Position numbers and translations under genes: made by a program
The notes under the pieces: model-generated
Seen by the model: the letters and a program-made list of their open reading frames with translations, nothing else
Told to the model about the DNA's origin: nothing
The model's database searches: none
Part shown: positions 12,139-25,139 of the stretch, piece after piece
How the letters are laid out: each line of letters begins with the position of its first letter
Numbering within the stretch: the stretch's first letter is position 1
Source of the DNA: Octopus vulgaris
Taxonomy: Eukaryota
Length of the DNA stretch: 64,000 nucleotides
Reading direction: 5' to 3'
Assembly: GCA_951406725.2 (NCBI GenBank)
Contig: OX597822.1
Span: forward strand, 5,952,001-6,016,000

Positions 12139-12519
12139 TATGTGGTGATGTGGTGGTACTGAAGGAAATTAAAATGATACTTGTCTTCTCGACGTTGTTA
12201 GTTTTTATACCATATTTAACATGTACAGAAACTCTGGAGAAACCATATTGATTTTAGGTTATATTCTTGGTTGATGTAATTTTTCTTTTTGTAGAATTTG
12301 CTGCTCTAGCTTGGCTGCAGTTGAATGACTGCAAACAATAGAAGACTAAAAGCAAGAACAAAGAGTTCAATGAACCATCAAATTCTATCAAAGAAAATAA
12401 AAGCAATTTTCTTGATTTCACTTGCTTTGTTCCTCTCTTATAAATATGTGGCCTTGTTTCAAAAGTAAGGAACAAATATCTGGTTCTTGTTGTTATAGTT
12501 ACCAAATAGAAATATGTTA

Positions 12520-12551
<32 letters not shown>

Positions 12552-12694
12552 ATGATTTAATGGTCACATTTCCATACTTGCATGAACCAGATAGAATTTG
12601 TTGAGGTACTTTTTCCAAGCAAGATATATTTTTCAAGATAGATAGGAAACTAATGGCTTGTCTTCATTACGACCATCATGTAGTGTCAAGACAA

Positions 12695-13242
12695 GGAAAA
12701 AATCCGGGCTATTCAAGTCTGGGGAACATGAAGGCCAGTTGACATTGCCGTAGCGGGAGATTCTTCTCTCTCCAAAGCCCTGTCGTAGTAACTGCATTAT
12801 TTCTCTTGTATGAGCAGTTACCCCATCTTGCTGGAACCCTGTGTGGGGTCTACTTTGAATGGCTTTCACGTTCCCCAGACTTGACTAGCCCAGATTTTTT
12901 CTTGTGGGGACATCTGAAAGAGAGAGTTTACCCCCAACAAACTGGAGAACCTGGTGCAACTGAAGGAGTACATCAATAGAGAAATCGGTGAAGTGGGGTC
13001 TGAAACTCTTGAGGGTGTTATGGTGTAAGTTTTGGAAAGAGGGTGGGTGTGTGAAGCCCAAAATGGCTGCCATTTAAGTGATGTCATTTTTCACATGTGA
13101 TGTAGTGGTGTTGTAAAATTTGACTTGTGCATATTAATTTCCATTATGTCTTTTATATTGTATCAAAATTTCATGCATTTATTTGTAGAGTTAAGGAATT
13201 TATTAAAATTTAAAACCCATTGGTGACCTTTGGGACACCCTG
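12695..13242. mobile_element. Tc1/mariner (DD37D-like) 3' fragment with an internal inversion
   Basis: Minus strand FQQDGVTAH...WPSCSPDLNSPDFF; plus strand SRSPDLTSPDFF..WGHLKERVY; terminal GGGACACCCTG-TA. Confidence 0.75.
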
Positions 13243-13263
13243 TATATACATATATTTATATAC

Positions 13264-13587
13264 CAGCACTCTGTCGGTTATGGTAATGAGGACTCCAGTC
13301 GATTCAGTCAACAGTACAACTTACTCATGAAATTAACGTGCATATGGCTGACCCCTCCACAGACACATGTAACCATAACGTAGTTTTCAGGAAGATTCAG
13401 CATAACACAGAGTGTAACAAGGCTGGCCCTTTAAAATACGAGTACTTCTTATTTTTGTCAGGTGAGTGGATTGGATCAACACGAAATAAAATGTCTTGCT
13501 CAAGGACATGACGCATCACCAGGAATTGAACTCACAACCTTATGATCATGAGCTGAATACCCTAACCACTAAGCCATGTGCCTTCAC
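13264..13587 (-). mobile_element. Old SINE related to family C
   Basis: Degenerate match to 49901-50289. Confidence 0.65.
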
Positions 13588-13601
13588 TATCTATCTATCT
13601 A

Positions 13602-13780
<179 letters not shown>

Positions 13781-14209
13781 AAACGCCACACATCCTCTTC
13801 TATTTTCTCTTCCTGTTTTCATTTTGACCTGTCTCTTCATTCTAATCATACACATCTTACCTATCGACCCCACCTCATCTATCGACAAGTACTACCAATG
13901 CATTCTCAAAATTTCATTCACCCTTCAAGGCCCCTACGAATGAACAATACATAATCCATGGCTCCATACTTTGAAATGACTAAACATGAACTACTGTTGG
14001 AACTTACCATGTACCGGAAACTTTTTTACCACTTCTATACACCACTTTCCTCGAATAACGGAAATCTAACGACAATATCTTTATATATTTTATATTTTTA
14101 TTTCTACTTTCATTCTCTTATTTTCCCCTATATCCCCTATTGCCTCCTTTTCCATAATAATTCCTTATTTTGAGCTCAAATACTTACCTCTGTTTAACCA
14201 TCTCACATC

Positions 14210-14257
14210 GTCTCTGATGAAGGAATATCCATTATATCTCAGAAACAGCTATAAGGC
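14210..14257 (+). ncRNA. Degenerate hammerhead motif in a probable Penelope pLTR remnant
   Basis: GTCT-CTGATGA-aggaatat..atatctca-GAAA-CAGCTA-TA-AGGC; stem III one change from the ACAGCTGT palindrome. Confidence 0.5.
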
Positions 14258-14330
14258 TATATCTATATCTTTTTCCTTACAAATGTCCTGAAAACTCCTC
14301 ACAGCCTTGGTTTTGTTATCTCATTTTGTG

Positions 14331-14369
<39 letters not shown>

Positions 14370-14373
14370 CATA

Positions 14374-15251
14374 CAGGGTGTGATGGGTAAATTGTCGCCA
14401 TTTTATATTTTTTATTTCGTGCATGATTTTGATTTTGTCGACTACACAGTATAGTAGGGTCAGTTGGGTCACAGTCTGAGAGAAAAACAGCACCATGATA
14501 AAATTCACTCTGCCAGAAGTTTGGAAACGGCATGCTGTACTGCTTGGCCTTCATGCTGGAAGCTCGAATACGAACATTTCAGAGTGTTTGGGTGTCAATC
14601 TGAGGACAGCGCAATCTGAGGATATGTACCGAGAGTGAGAAAAATCAAACATCCAGTCAACACCATGGTATTTGGAATGACCACTAGTGATGGTGACGTT
14701 TATGCCTCCATTCATCTTCCCACATGGCCTCAGATTCAACACAGAGCCTACATCAAGTGCATGGAGGAGGTAGTGCTGCTCTAGGTCAAGAAGGTAGCTA
14801 CTGGAAGACCCTATGTCTGGCAACAGAACTCTGCACCATGCCACACAAGCAGGAGGACCCAGTCATGGCTGTCAGATAATTTCTGCAACCACATCACCCC
14901 TAACATCTGGCCACCTAACTTCCTAGACTGAACCCCCTTGATTATAATGTGTGGGGTGCAGTTTAGTGAGAGATGAACAAAACTCCTTGTAACACCAAAG
15001 ATGATCTAAAGACAGGGAGTATGGCAGTATTCACCAGCTTAGATGAGGAAACCATCTAGAAGAGTTGCAGGAGATTCTGAAGACATCTGGAGGCCATAGT
15101 TGAAGCCAATAGAGATTTTATTGTGTAAATTTATTCTTTAGTATTTCAAGATATTTTGATGTAATTTTGGTAAATAAATCTGTTAAAATGAGATTTTAGT
15201 GTTATTTTCATTTCTGCATATCTTAGACAACAGTTTATTCACTGCATCCTG
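14374..15251 (+). mobile_element. Internally deleted Tc1/mariner (DD37D-like) element
   Basis: TA-flanked imperfect TIRs CAGGGTG / CATCCTG; remnant WQQNSAPCHTSRRTQSWL...IWPPN..PLDYNVWGAV. Confidence 0.8.
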
Positions 15252-15593
15252 TATATATATTTAGTCTACCCGGATAGCTGAGCCAGTAAGATGTGAAACT
15301 TCTATGTTAACCTTAGAGGTAATCTGAGGGTGCATTCAAGTCCCTATATATGTGTATGACCTTTTAACTTACTGAGAGCAACAGGCCACATTTTTCACTG
15401 GTGCAAAGTCCCAATCAGACCTAGGGTGACATGGGGGTGGAATTGAGTAGTAGGCAGGTCCATTAGAGTGAAGAAACAGACCTAGGATGACTGGAAGATT
15501 GGTGGTAGCAGAGAACTACATACATGTGTGTGTGTGTGTGTGTGTATATATTTATATGCATATAAATATGTGTGTATATATATATGCATATGC

Positions 15594-15630
<37 letters not shown>

Positions 15631-16234
15631 TATATATATCATGTGTTTGTGTGCATGCATGAATCTTGGCATTCTTCACTTTGCATGACGCCATGAACAT
15701 AGAAAATGGTGTTGTTTGCTGAGATTCTCTGCCAACAATATCATCCTCTAGGTCTACATTTTTAAAGGGTTAGTGGCAACGATGGCATCCATCTTTAAGA
15801 CAATGCCTATAATTTATATTCTTCCAAAACATGCTGGCATGAAAAAAACAAAACAAAACAGATGTAAAACAACAAATGAAGAAACAAAATTTCTGTTTGG
15901 ATAGCAAGACTATATTTGCATAAACCTGACAGGTTACATCATATTCCCTGTGGGGCGAATAATATTTAACAACAAAGATCAACTTTAAAAAAACACCAAC
16001 CCTCGATATTGAGATGTGAGCATGTAACAACAAAACTCAGTATTAATAATTATGTTTGATATTTGTCTAAAGTGGAACGAGGTGTAATGGAAGTTTTAAA
16101 ATTGTTGCAAGGCATCTGAGAATATAAGACAAATGGGAATTGAGATAGAACCATCTGAGCCACTATTAGGGTTCTCCTCATCCTTGTCTTTATTACCTTC
16201 GTTGTTCTCGTTGTTGTTTCTTGGTACCGAAATG

Positions 16235-16374
16235 ATCATGATTATCATCATAACCATCACACTGTCATCATCGTCCTCCTCCTCCTCATCTCATCATTGT
16301 CATCAATATTGTCATCATCGTGATTGTCATCATTCTCATTGTTGTTGTCATCATGATGATGATGATCATCATCG

Positions 16375-16422
<48 letters not shown>

Positions 16423-16605
16423 ACTTGATTGTCTTCATCATAATGATGATTGTTACCACCACCACCACCACCATCATCATCATTATGATTGTCATCATCA
16501 TCGTTGTTGTCATCATCATCGTCATCATTGTCATCATCATCATCACCATCATCCTCATCCTCCTCCTCCTCATCCTCATCACCTTCATCATCAATCAGGT
16601 CATCA
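16235..16605 (+). repeat. Compound (CAT)n trinucleotide microsatellite
   Basis: Direct inspection. Confidence 0.9.
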
Positions 16606-16990
16606 TTCATGGTTTCATGCTTGCATGTGTCAGACAGAATTCGTTGAGCCAGATGTGACACAGTTGCCTGCCCTACACCTGTTTCCAAGCAAAACAACAA
16701 TCCTTTAATCTACCAAACACAGCTTATGTGTTTGTTGGCCTGGAAGCAAACAACACCATCTGAACGAACTGTTTCCTTACAAACATTACACAGCATGTTT
16801 GAGATACCCTGAAATGCTTTTTTGCAATGGATTGCAAGCAAAGGGCACTGCCTATATTGACACCAAGGTTGTTGCTTACACTCAGGAAACAGATGTAGTT
16901 TTGCTTGACCTGCAGCTGTTGCTGCTGCTGATGGTTGTTGTTGTTGTTGTTGTTAAGCAGCAAGACGGGTAAGGGTGATTAGGTGATGGT

Positions 16991-17250
16991 CTAGGGCTTA
17001 GGGGCAGGAGACTCCAGACCTTGGAAAAAAATCTTTGGTCGTCTTGTTGTAGTCGAGGGCTCTTCGTTGATGCCCGACACCACTGGGAAGTGGCCCTCGA
17101 AGTTGCTGGAAATGGAGATCTCCAGGTCCAAATTCTTGGACGGCTGCTGATGCTGATGGTGGTAGTGTTGGTGGTAATGATGACGACGACAATGACGACG
17201 ATGATGGTCGTGGTGTTGATTGTAATGATGATGATGATGATGATGATATC
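16991..17250 (-). CDS. Possible host coding exon (His-rich, then QQPSKNLDLEISISSNFEGHFPVVSGINEEPSTTTRRPKIFFQGLESPAPKP*)
   Basis: Non-repetitive GC-rich island with strong GC3 bias in one frame; no family recognised; splice acceptor weak. Confidence 0.3.
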
Positions 17251-17599
17251 CTAGATGTGGTTGTATTGTTATTGTATTAATCTTGTTGCTGTTACTGTTG
17301 TTATAGCTATTTAGCCAACCTAAATCAGCTGCTGTGATTGAGCTGACCAATGATCAAAGCCGTTCCAGATATGACCTTTTCCTCATTTTGTATTATCAGA
17401 AACAGTACATTTACTCACACACCATGACTGGACCCTAATCATGTGGTTCCAAAGTGAATTTCTTAATCACACAGTCATTTTATTTTTGTTTCAATCAGAC
17501 TCACTGAAAACCCCCAACTAAAACACCCTACAAAATTTATTGTTATTGTTGTTGGTGCTCTCATGATTGTTGTGTAGCTCTTAAGTAAGATCTAAAATT

Positions 17600-18085
17600 T
17601 TGTGTAACAAAATAAAATTTTTTTTTGTTTTTGGTCAGTAAGTGTTATTTTCTATTTGCTTCTATCTAGAAATCAGAAGAAATGACAATTCTTCTCTTCA
17701 AACTTTGCTTTTGTGACCTGGACATCAATGTTTTGAAACTGACCTATTTTCCATTACATTTCAAACAGATTCAGCACCGAGTTGCTCAAGCAGAAATATT
17801 GCTATAGAAACTATTCTGCTCAATACCACAGATTTGCTTGTCCGTTGCTTGACCATAACTACTTGAGCATGTCCTTTTGTGGCTAACAATACGTGCATCT
17901 CTGATTATGAGCAGCAGTAGCAGGGAAGCATCATAGCCATGTGTTGAGACGGATTCTTTGGGGTTTGAATAGAAGTAACAAAAGCAAAGTTTGAAGGAAA
18001 TATTGGCCGTTTTTCATCCTTTCTAGGAGTAAGGAAATAAGAAATAACAGTTCCTACCCAAGGACAAAAATCTTGTTACACAGTG
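17600..18085. mobile_element. MITE with long imperfect TIRs (CACTG/CAGTG termini)
   Basis: TTCAAACTTTGCTTTTGTGAC / GTAACAAAAGCAAAGTTTGAA; oppositely oriented copy at 55834-56285. Confidence 0.7.
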
Positions 18086-18439
18086 TCCTGGCTGTGACCA
18101 TCCTATCTTCTCAGAGTTTGTATAAGATCGCATTATCCAATATATTTCTCATCTTCTAAGATGGTAGAAAGCAATTTTAAGGAAGGTTGGTTGGTATTTC
18201 TAGCAGGTCACTCAACCCTGTATTAATTTCCTGTCAAAATTAAAATTAGCATTTAATCTCTAGGATATTGAAAAACAGACATTGAGAAACATTTTCTTGA
18301 CAAGGAAAAAATTGTGAGCCATATTTGTAACTTTATATGTCTATTTTCATTGATGAACATTTTACTGGAAAATGTATGTCAAATTCAAAGCTAGCTTTCA
18401 CACTGGTTTTTATAGTCTTGGATACAGACATACTGGAGA

Positions 18440-18810
18440 ATGTTTCAACCAATAATAATCATTATAAGAAAAAGAGAAAAAAATCCAAAATATTAGCCAA
18501 TTGTAAAAGAAAACAAAAAAATAAGAATAAAACAATCTATATAGTTTTTTAGCCAATCATAAACCATTATCAGAGACAACCTAATAAATCTTGACTGCAT
18601 TTTAACCAATAGGATGGTTAAGCAAAACACAATAAAATCTGGGTAGAGTTTAGCCAATCATAAAGCATTATGAGAATAACAATAAATCTAGACAGTATTT
18701 TAACCAATAGAAACTAAAATATGAAGCAATGAAATCTTGATAAATTTTAGCTAAAAAGAAAGCATTATAAAAGAAGCAATAAATTCAGCCAAGTTTTGGC
18801 CAATGTGAAA
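18440..18810 (+). repeat. Degenerate ~50-bp tandem array with conserved CCAAT boxes
   Basis: CCAAT at 18449, 18497, 18553, 18606, 18654, 18704 and 18800; degenerate unit at about 18751. Confidence 0.7.
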
Positions 18811-19143
18811 GAAACATGTCAAAGGGCATCAATAACAATAAATTTCTTTGGAAATATAATGTCAGAACTTGAAAGGGTTGCGGACTTGTATGTGAAAATC
18901 TTACAAAATGAAATTATTAAAAGTGTTTATGTTATTCTAGGAAAGCAGACACCGAACAATAATAAACTAAATCCATATATGTATGTATGTATATATATAT
19001 ATACACTCACACACATATATATGTGCGTGGGTATATGCATTGTTTATATTTATACACACACATATATGGATTTAGATTATTACTGTTACATGCACACACA
19101 CACATATGTACGTACATAAATATGTACATATACACATACATAC

Positions 19144-19189
<46 letters not shown>

Positions 19190-19205
19190 TATATATATAT
19201 ATACT

Positions 19206-19236
<31 letters not shown>

Positions 19237-19276
19237 TTATATATATACTTATATATATATATATAAATATATATAT

Positions 19277-19357
<81 letters not shown>

Positions 19358-20641
19358 CAATATTGATTCTGCAACACAAAGTAAAATGGACATATACATG
19401 CACACACACACACACACAAGCCAACACATATGCTTACATATTCTCAAAGTCACATGCATGTTATATATATATAGATATAGATATGTGTATATGTGTGTGT
19501 AAGCACAGGAGTGTGTGTGTGTGTCTGTGTGTGTGTTTATACAGATATATATTTATATAACATATGGATATTCATATAAACATGTACAGTGCATACACCT
19601 ACTTACCTACTTAGAAACATATATTATGAATACATCCATATATTCTACACACTAATGCATACATACAAAAAGTGATGACATACGAACATTTGTGTTTGTA
19701 TGAGTATATATATATATATATACATACATGTTTTACACACTAATGCATACATATATTCTACACCCTAATGCATACATACAAAAAGTGCTGACATATAAAC
19801 ATTTGTGTCTGTATGAATAAATATAAATATATCTGTACTATGCATGTGTATATATATATATACATACCTCTATTATGTGTGTATATATATATATATTATA
19901 TTAAATTTATGTATATGCACATGTATATAATGCCCACGTATGTGTATTCATACGTGGGGGAAATGGATGTAAAAATGATGTAAAAACGAACAAATGAAAT
20001 AACTATATCAGATGCAAGCATATATACACCCACCCACACAGATGTGCTCATTCATACATATACATACATGCATATAGAAATATCTAGATATATTATAAAA
20101 GTGTGTGAATACATATTCATACATAGAAAAATTATGAATATATGTTTTACCAACACTCTCACACATTTATATATACACATGTATAATAAATATATGCAGA
20201 CATAAGAGAATAAATGTATAGTATAGAAAATAAAATTTAAAAAATAATGCAGCAATGTTTTTTCCGCCTTTCTCAATATCTGTGAAAATGAAGTAGGTTT
20301 ATATGAAAAATATTAAATGTTTTGTTCAATATATTTAATAATTTGATAAAATATGGTAAAATTTATGTCCATTTGACTGAAATACATCAATTAAGAGATT
20401 TAAATAATCTATACAATTTTCTGACATACATTTTACTATGTAAGAATGTATAGATTCTTTTATTCTGAATTTTTTGCTGTTTAAGCATGTATGATTTTCA
20501 TCTTTAATCTTTCATCATTTACTTGATTCAATAAAAGTACTGTGGTCATGCTGCAGCAAACAGGTCGAAGGGTTTTAGTTGAACAAATCAACTTCAAGAT
20601 TTATATAATATTTTAAAATCTGGTAACTTAAAGATCTGTAT

Positions 20642-20824
20642 AGGCACAGGTTGGCTGCGTGGTAAGACGCTTGCTTTCCAACCACATGTTTCCAGGTTCA
20701 GTCTTACTGTGTGGTGCCTTGGGAAGGTATCTTTTACTATAGCCTTGGGCCAACCAAAGCACTGTGAGTGGATTTCGTAGACAGGAACTAAAAGAAGCCT
20801 GTCGTATATAATCCTGAAAATATA

Positions 20825-20856
<32 letters not shown>

Positions 20857-20980
20857 TGTGCGTGTGCACACGTGTCTTTGTATCTGTATTGTCCCCCTAC
20901 CACCACTTGCCAACCAGTGTTTGTGTGTTTATGTCCCCATGACTAAGCAGTTTGGCAAAGGAGATCAATAGAATAAATAC
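20642..20980 (+). mobile_element. SINE family A, diverged and 3' truncated
   Basis: Similarity to other family A copies. Confidence 0.75.
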
Positions 20981-21271
20981 ACAGATATAAATATGCATAT
21001 ATATACATACACACATATACATGCACACATACACCTGTACATATGTACACACCTATATATATGCATGTGCATATATACACATACATAAACGCACACACAC
21101 ACACACTTATATATACATATATACACATATACATACACATTTATATCTACACACATATACATATATAAACACATACACATACATATAAATACATACACAC
21201 CTGCGCCTGCACACACATACATATACACATACATATATATACACAGCCACACACAATTATTCTCTCTCTCT

Positions 21272-21477
21272 CTTTACTCTTTTACTTGTTTCAGTCATTT
21301 GACTGCAGCCATGCTGGAGCACCACCTTTAATCGAGCAAATCGACCCCGGGACTTATTCTTTGTAAGCCCAGTACTTATTCTATCGGTCTCTTATGCCGA
21401 ACCGCTAAGTGACGGGGACGTAAACACACCAGCATCGGTTGTCAATCAATGCTAGGGGGATAAACACAAACACACAA

Positions 21478-21516
<39 letters not shown>

Positions 21517-21630
21517 CGACAGGCTTCTTTCAGTTTCTGTCTACCAAATCCACTCACAAAGCAGTGGGATTGAACCCGGAACCATGTGGTTGGTAAGCAA
21601 GCTACTTACCACACAGCCACTCCTGCGCCT
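21272..21630 (-). mobile_element. SINE family A with internal deletion
   Basis: Reverse complement match to family A. Confidence 0.88.
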
Positions 21631-21909
21631 ATATAAATGTATACATACTGCTTGTCTGAAGATATTATACAATTCTTTTTGTTTTAATAAAATGAATGTG
21701 CATGTACATAGGAAGCTGAAATTCTAGGATGTTGGTACAAATGCTCTTTCTTAATTGTGGCTAAAATTTGACACACATTTCATCTGTTTTTTGTGAGTAA
21801 TTGAGAATTCACTGTAATTGGCTGTCTGAAGTTATTATGCAAATGTTGGAAGTTATATTTTTACAGTGTTAATAATACGTTTTTGTTATTTTGCTGGTTA
21901 TAATATAAT

Positions 21910-22040
21910 CAGGGATAAAAAGAAAGATATTACAGCGTCTGAAAAGCAGAAAATAACTAAGCTTTTGAGTGATGCATTAGCCTCTTTGAACATTTCGAAG
22001 CATCTTGGCCGAGATCGTCGAACAATCAAGAAAACAAAAT
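21910..22040 (+). pseudogene. Tc1-like transposase N-terminal HTH fragment
   Basis: [39 protein letters not shown]. Confidence 0.55.
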
Positions 22041-22107
22041 ATTATACCAAGAACTTTCTCTTTATTATTCCACTATATATATATATATATATATAATATG
22101 TGACCTC

Positions 22108-22303
22108 TTGTGTACCGTTGGCGATTTTTTTTTTTCCTCTGTCTTCCCTTCTCTGGATCTTTCCTTCTCCAATGTTTCCGACGAAGAGCTCCGCTCGAAA
22201 CGTTACACTCTCCTTCTTTCCTTCTTTCCTGAGCGTCCAATAATGCTATATATGTTCCACGTCCTCGCGTTGTTGTGTTTTTTGTGCTTTCTTGTTTGGA
22301 TTA

Positions 22304-22310
<7 letters not shown>
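22108..22310 (+). mobile_element. Second copy of the 560-760 hammerhead-bearing element (core reads CCGACGA)
   Basis: Close similarity to 560-760; stem II GAGC/GCTC; (TA)n flanks. Confidence 0.7.
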
Positions 22311-22396
<86 letters not shown>

Positions 22397-22411
22397 GTAT
22401 ATATATATATG

Positions 22412-22453
<42 letters not shown>

Positions 22454-22485
22454 GAGTTTAACGCAGGTGTAATTCAAATACTTTT

Positions 22486-22574
22486 ACTTCCGACACAGGT
22501 TTCGAAGATATCACTGATATTATTCCAAAGGAATAAAATGGTGTAAAACAATGTAATCTTCTCTTCAGGGAAGT
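22486..22574 (-). ncRNA. Type I hammerhead ribozyme with intact core
   Basis: Minus strand: ACTTCC-CTGAAGA-GAAGAT...ATCTTC-GAAA-CCTGTG-TC-GGAAGT; 6-bp stem I, 6-bp stem II, GUC cleavage triplet. Confidence 0.75.
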
Positions 22575-23372
22575 GAAGAAATGAAACTCGTCAATCAGAC
22601 ATTTTAACATATATATACTTACGTGTGCGCGGCATTGTGTCTGTGTTTGCCCCAGCCACAGTTTGACAATCGGTGCTGGTGTGTTTACGTCCCAATTAAA
22701 CTTAGTGGTTCGGCAAAAAGGGGCCGATAGAATAAGTACCAGGCTTTTAAAAAGTAAGTACTGGAGTTAATACATTCGACTAAAAATTCTTCCATGTGGT
22801 GCCCCAGCATGGCCGCAGCCTAAAGACTGAGACATGTAAAAGATAAAAAAAAAAAAAAAGATTTATACAAGTCTCATTGGACGGAATGAAGCAGCTACTC
22901 AGTGGCGTAATCTACAGCAGCGCCGTCTGGAATATAAATACAAATTTCGAGTGTCATCAAGTGACCTGTTCGTTTTCAGTCTTAGATTCCTGCTGATGAT
23001 GGCTTGAAACATTTATATTTAAATCTTGCACAGGTTTTAGCCATTGGTTCAATGTTTACCACTGCTCATGCGCAATGTATTAGGTCTTCATCAATTACAG
23101 TTTTTGTGTTCGTTACATTTAGTACGCTTGCACTTAGTTTACACTCCCTTTCTCCCCGCTCCAGCCCCCTTTCTTTACACACACACACACATTATATATT
23201 GGGTGGGCCATATTTTCATTGGAATTAAACAATTCAAAAAATTATTTTCTAATTGTGTTTATTACAGAAAGAAATTTATTGATTTTTTAAAACCTCTTTT
23301 GTAACACAATAGCCAATCCTCTCTCTTACTCTCTATTTTGCTTACATATAAATCAAAATATACATACATACA

Positions 23373-23460
<88 letters not shown>

Positions 23461-23896
23461 CGTGTCTTGCATATACATACATACATACATACATCAAATA
23501 TTTACGCTATAACTTTATGAATAGAATTTTACAATTGAACTGAAAAATAATCTCCGGGTAATTGACTTAGTAAAGATCTCGACAGAGTAAAGAAAGCTCT
23601 AGAGAATGGGTATATATTGATATCTCGGCGCTAAAATTGATTAATTTTTCAAACTGCCCTTCTCCTTGCTTATCAAACCTATACACACAGAATTGCATTC
23701 ATACGAAGATGTTAATCGATGTTAGCGCCAGGATATCAGTATATATCTATATACATAAATACTTACATAATGCACTCACATCCGCACTATACATATGTAT
23801 GTATGTATGCATGTATATATGTATATATGTATATGCATGTATATATATATATATATACATGCATATACATATATATATATGTATGTGTGTGTGTGT

Positions 23897-23977
<81 letters not shown>

Positions 23978-23996
23978 CATACATATATATATATAT

Positions 23997-24151
23997 CTCC
24001 TTGTTTCTCTCCTTGTTTTTCTGTGTCCCTTTCTGTAGAAGAGCGTAGGCTCGAAACGTAAAAGACTTTTTTATTCCTGAGCGTTATACTAATACATCTG
24101 TTTGTTTTGTACACCACCTGTCTTTGTCTTTTGTTTTTTTCGTAAACTCTT

Positions 24152-24152
<1 letters not shown>
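23997..24152 (+). mobile_element. Short (TA)n-embedded element with variant hammerhead motif (24029-24064)
   Basis: CTTT-CTGTAGA-a-GAGC gtag GCTC-GAAA-CG-T-A-AAAG; shares downstream CCTGAGCGT..AATAC with the 560-760 family. Confidence 0.6.
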
Positions 24153-24207
<55 letters not shown>

Positions 24208-24544
24208 TCCTTGTTTGTCCCCTCTATGTTTAGCCTCTTGTGGGTAGTAAAAAGAAATATATATATATAGGCCTTGCTTAGAGGCCTTAACTCCTGCATG
24301 TTGTCAGGAGCGACGTTGTGACATGGTGTGCCGAGGATATCTTAAACCTGGCGGAGCCCATCTCTCTCAAGGTTTGATCATAGTTGGTCCATCAAATTCT
24401 TCATATTTTTGAAATGTTTTAACTGAAGAAGGCTTACGCAATGGACGCATCTCTTTTTATATACTACGCAAATCTGAAACGTGCGTATTAAATGATTTCA
24501 GACTATTATTATTTAGTTTGACTTCCTTATTACATCTAATACAA

Positions 24545-24930
24545 AAACAGCGAGCTATCAGAATCGTTGGCATCCCGGGCGAAATGCTTAGCGGTATTTC
24601 GTCTGCCGTTACGTTCTGAGTTCAAATTCCGCCGAGGTCGACTTTGCCTTTCATCCTTTCGGGGTCGATTAAATAAATACCAGCTACGCACTGGGGTCGA
24701 TATAATCGACTTAATCCGTTTGTCCTCTCTGTGTTTAGCCCCTTGTGGGTAGTAAAGAAATAGGTATTTCGTCTGCCGCAACGTTCTGAGCTCAAATTCC
24801 GCCGAGGTCGACTTTGTTTTTCATCCTTTCGGGGTCGATAAATTAAGTACCACTTGAGTACTGGGGTCGATGTACTCGACTATCCCCCCCACTAATTTCA
24901 GGCCTTGTGCCTATAGTAGAAAGGATTATT
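24545..24930 (+). mobile_element. Dimeric family B SINE (tail 1, then repeated body + tail 2) with 16-bp TSD
   Basis: TSD TTATTACATCTAATAC at about 24527-24542 and 24926-24941. Confidence 0.85.
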
Positions 24931-25139
24931 ACATCTAATACGACTCGATGCCAGTACAGACTTGATTTCGCTAAAGTGAATACTTTAACAATGATTTGGG
25001 GTAATTTGTTACATTTGACTGGAGTCGAAAATTCTGCTACCACCACTGCTTCTTAGCGTAACTGAAAACAAAGATAGATAGATAGAAAGATAGATAGATA
25101 GATACATAGGTGCGCGCGTGTGTGTTTGCGTGTGAACAT

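Noticed and set aside
16133-16708. His-rich and Asp-rich ORFs
   Set aside because: (CAT)n microsatellite open in several frames; no independent coding evidence.
22990-23015. CTGATGA..GAAA hammerhead-like motif
   Set aside because: No convincing stem II or stem I pairing.
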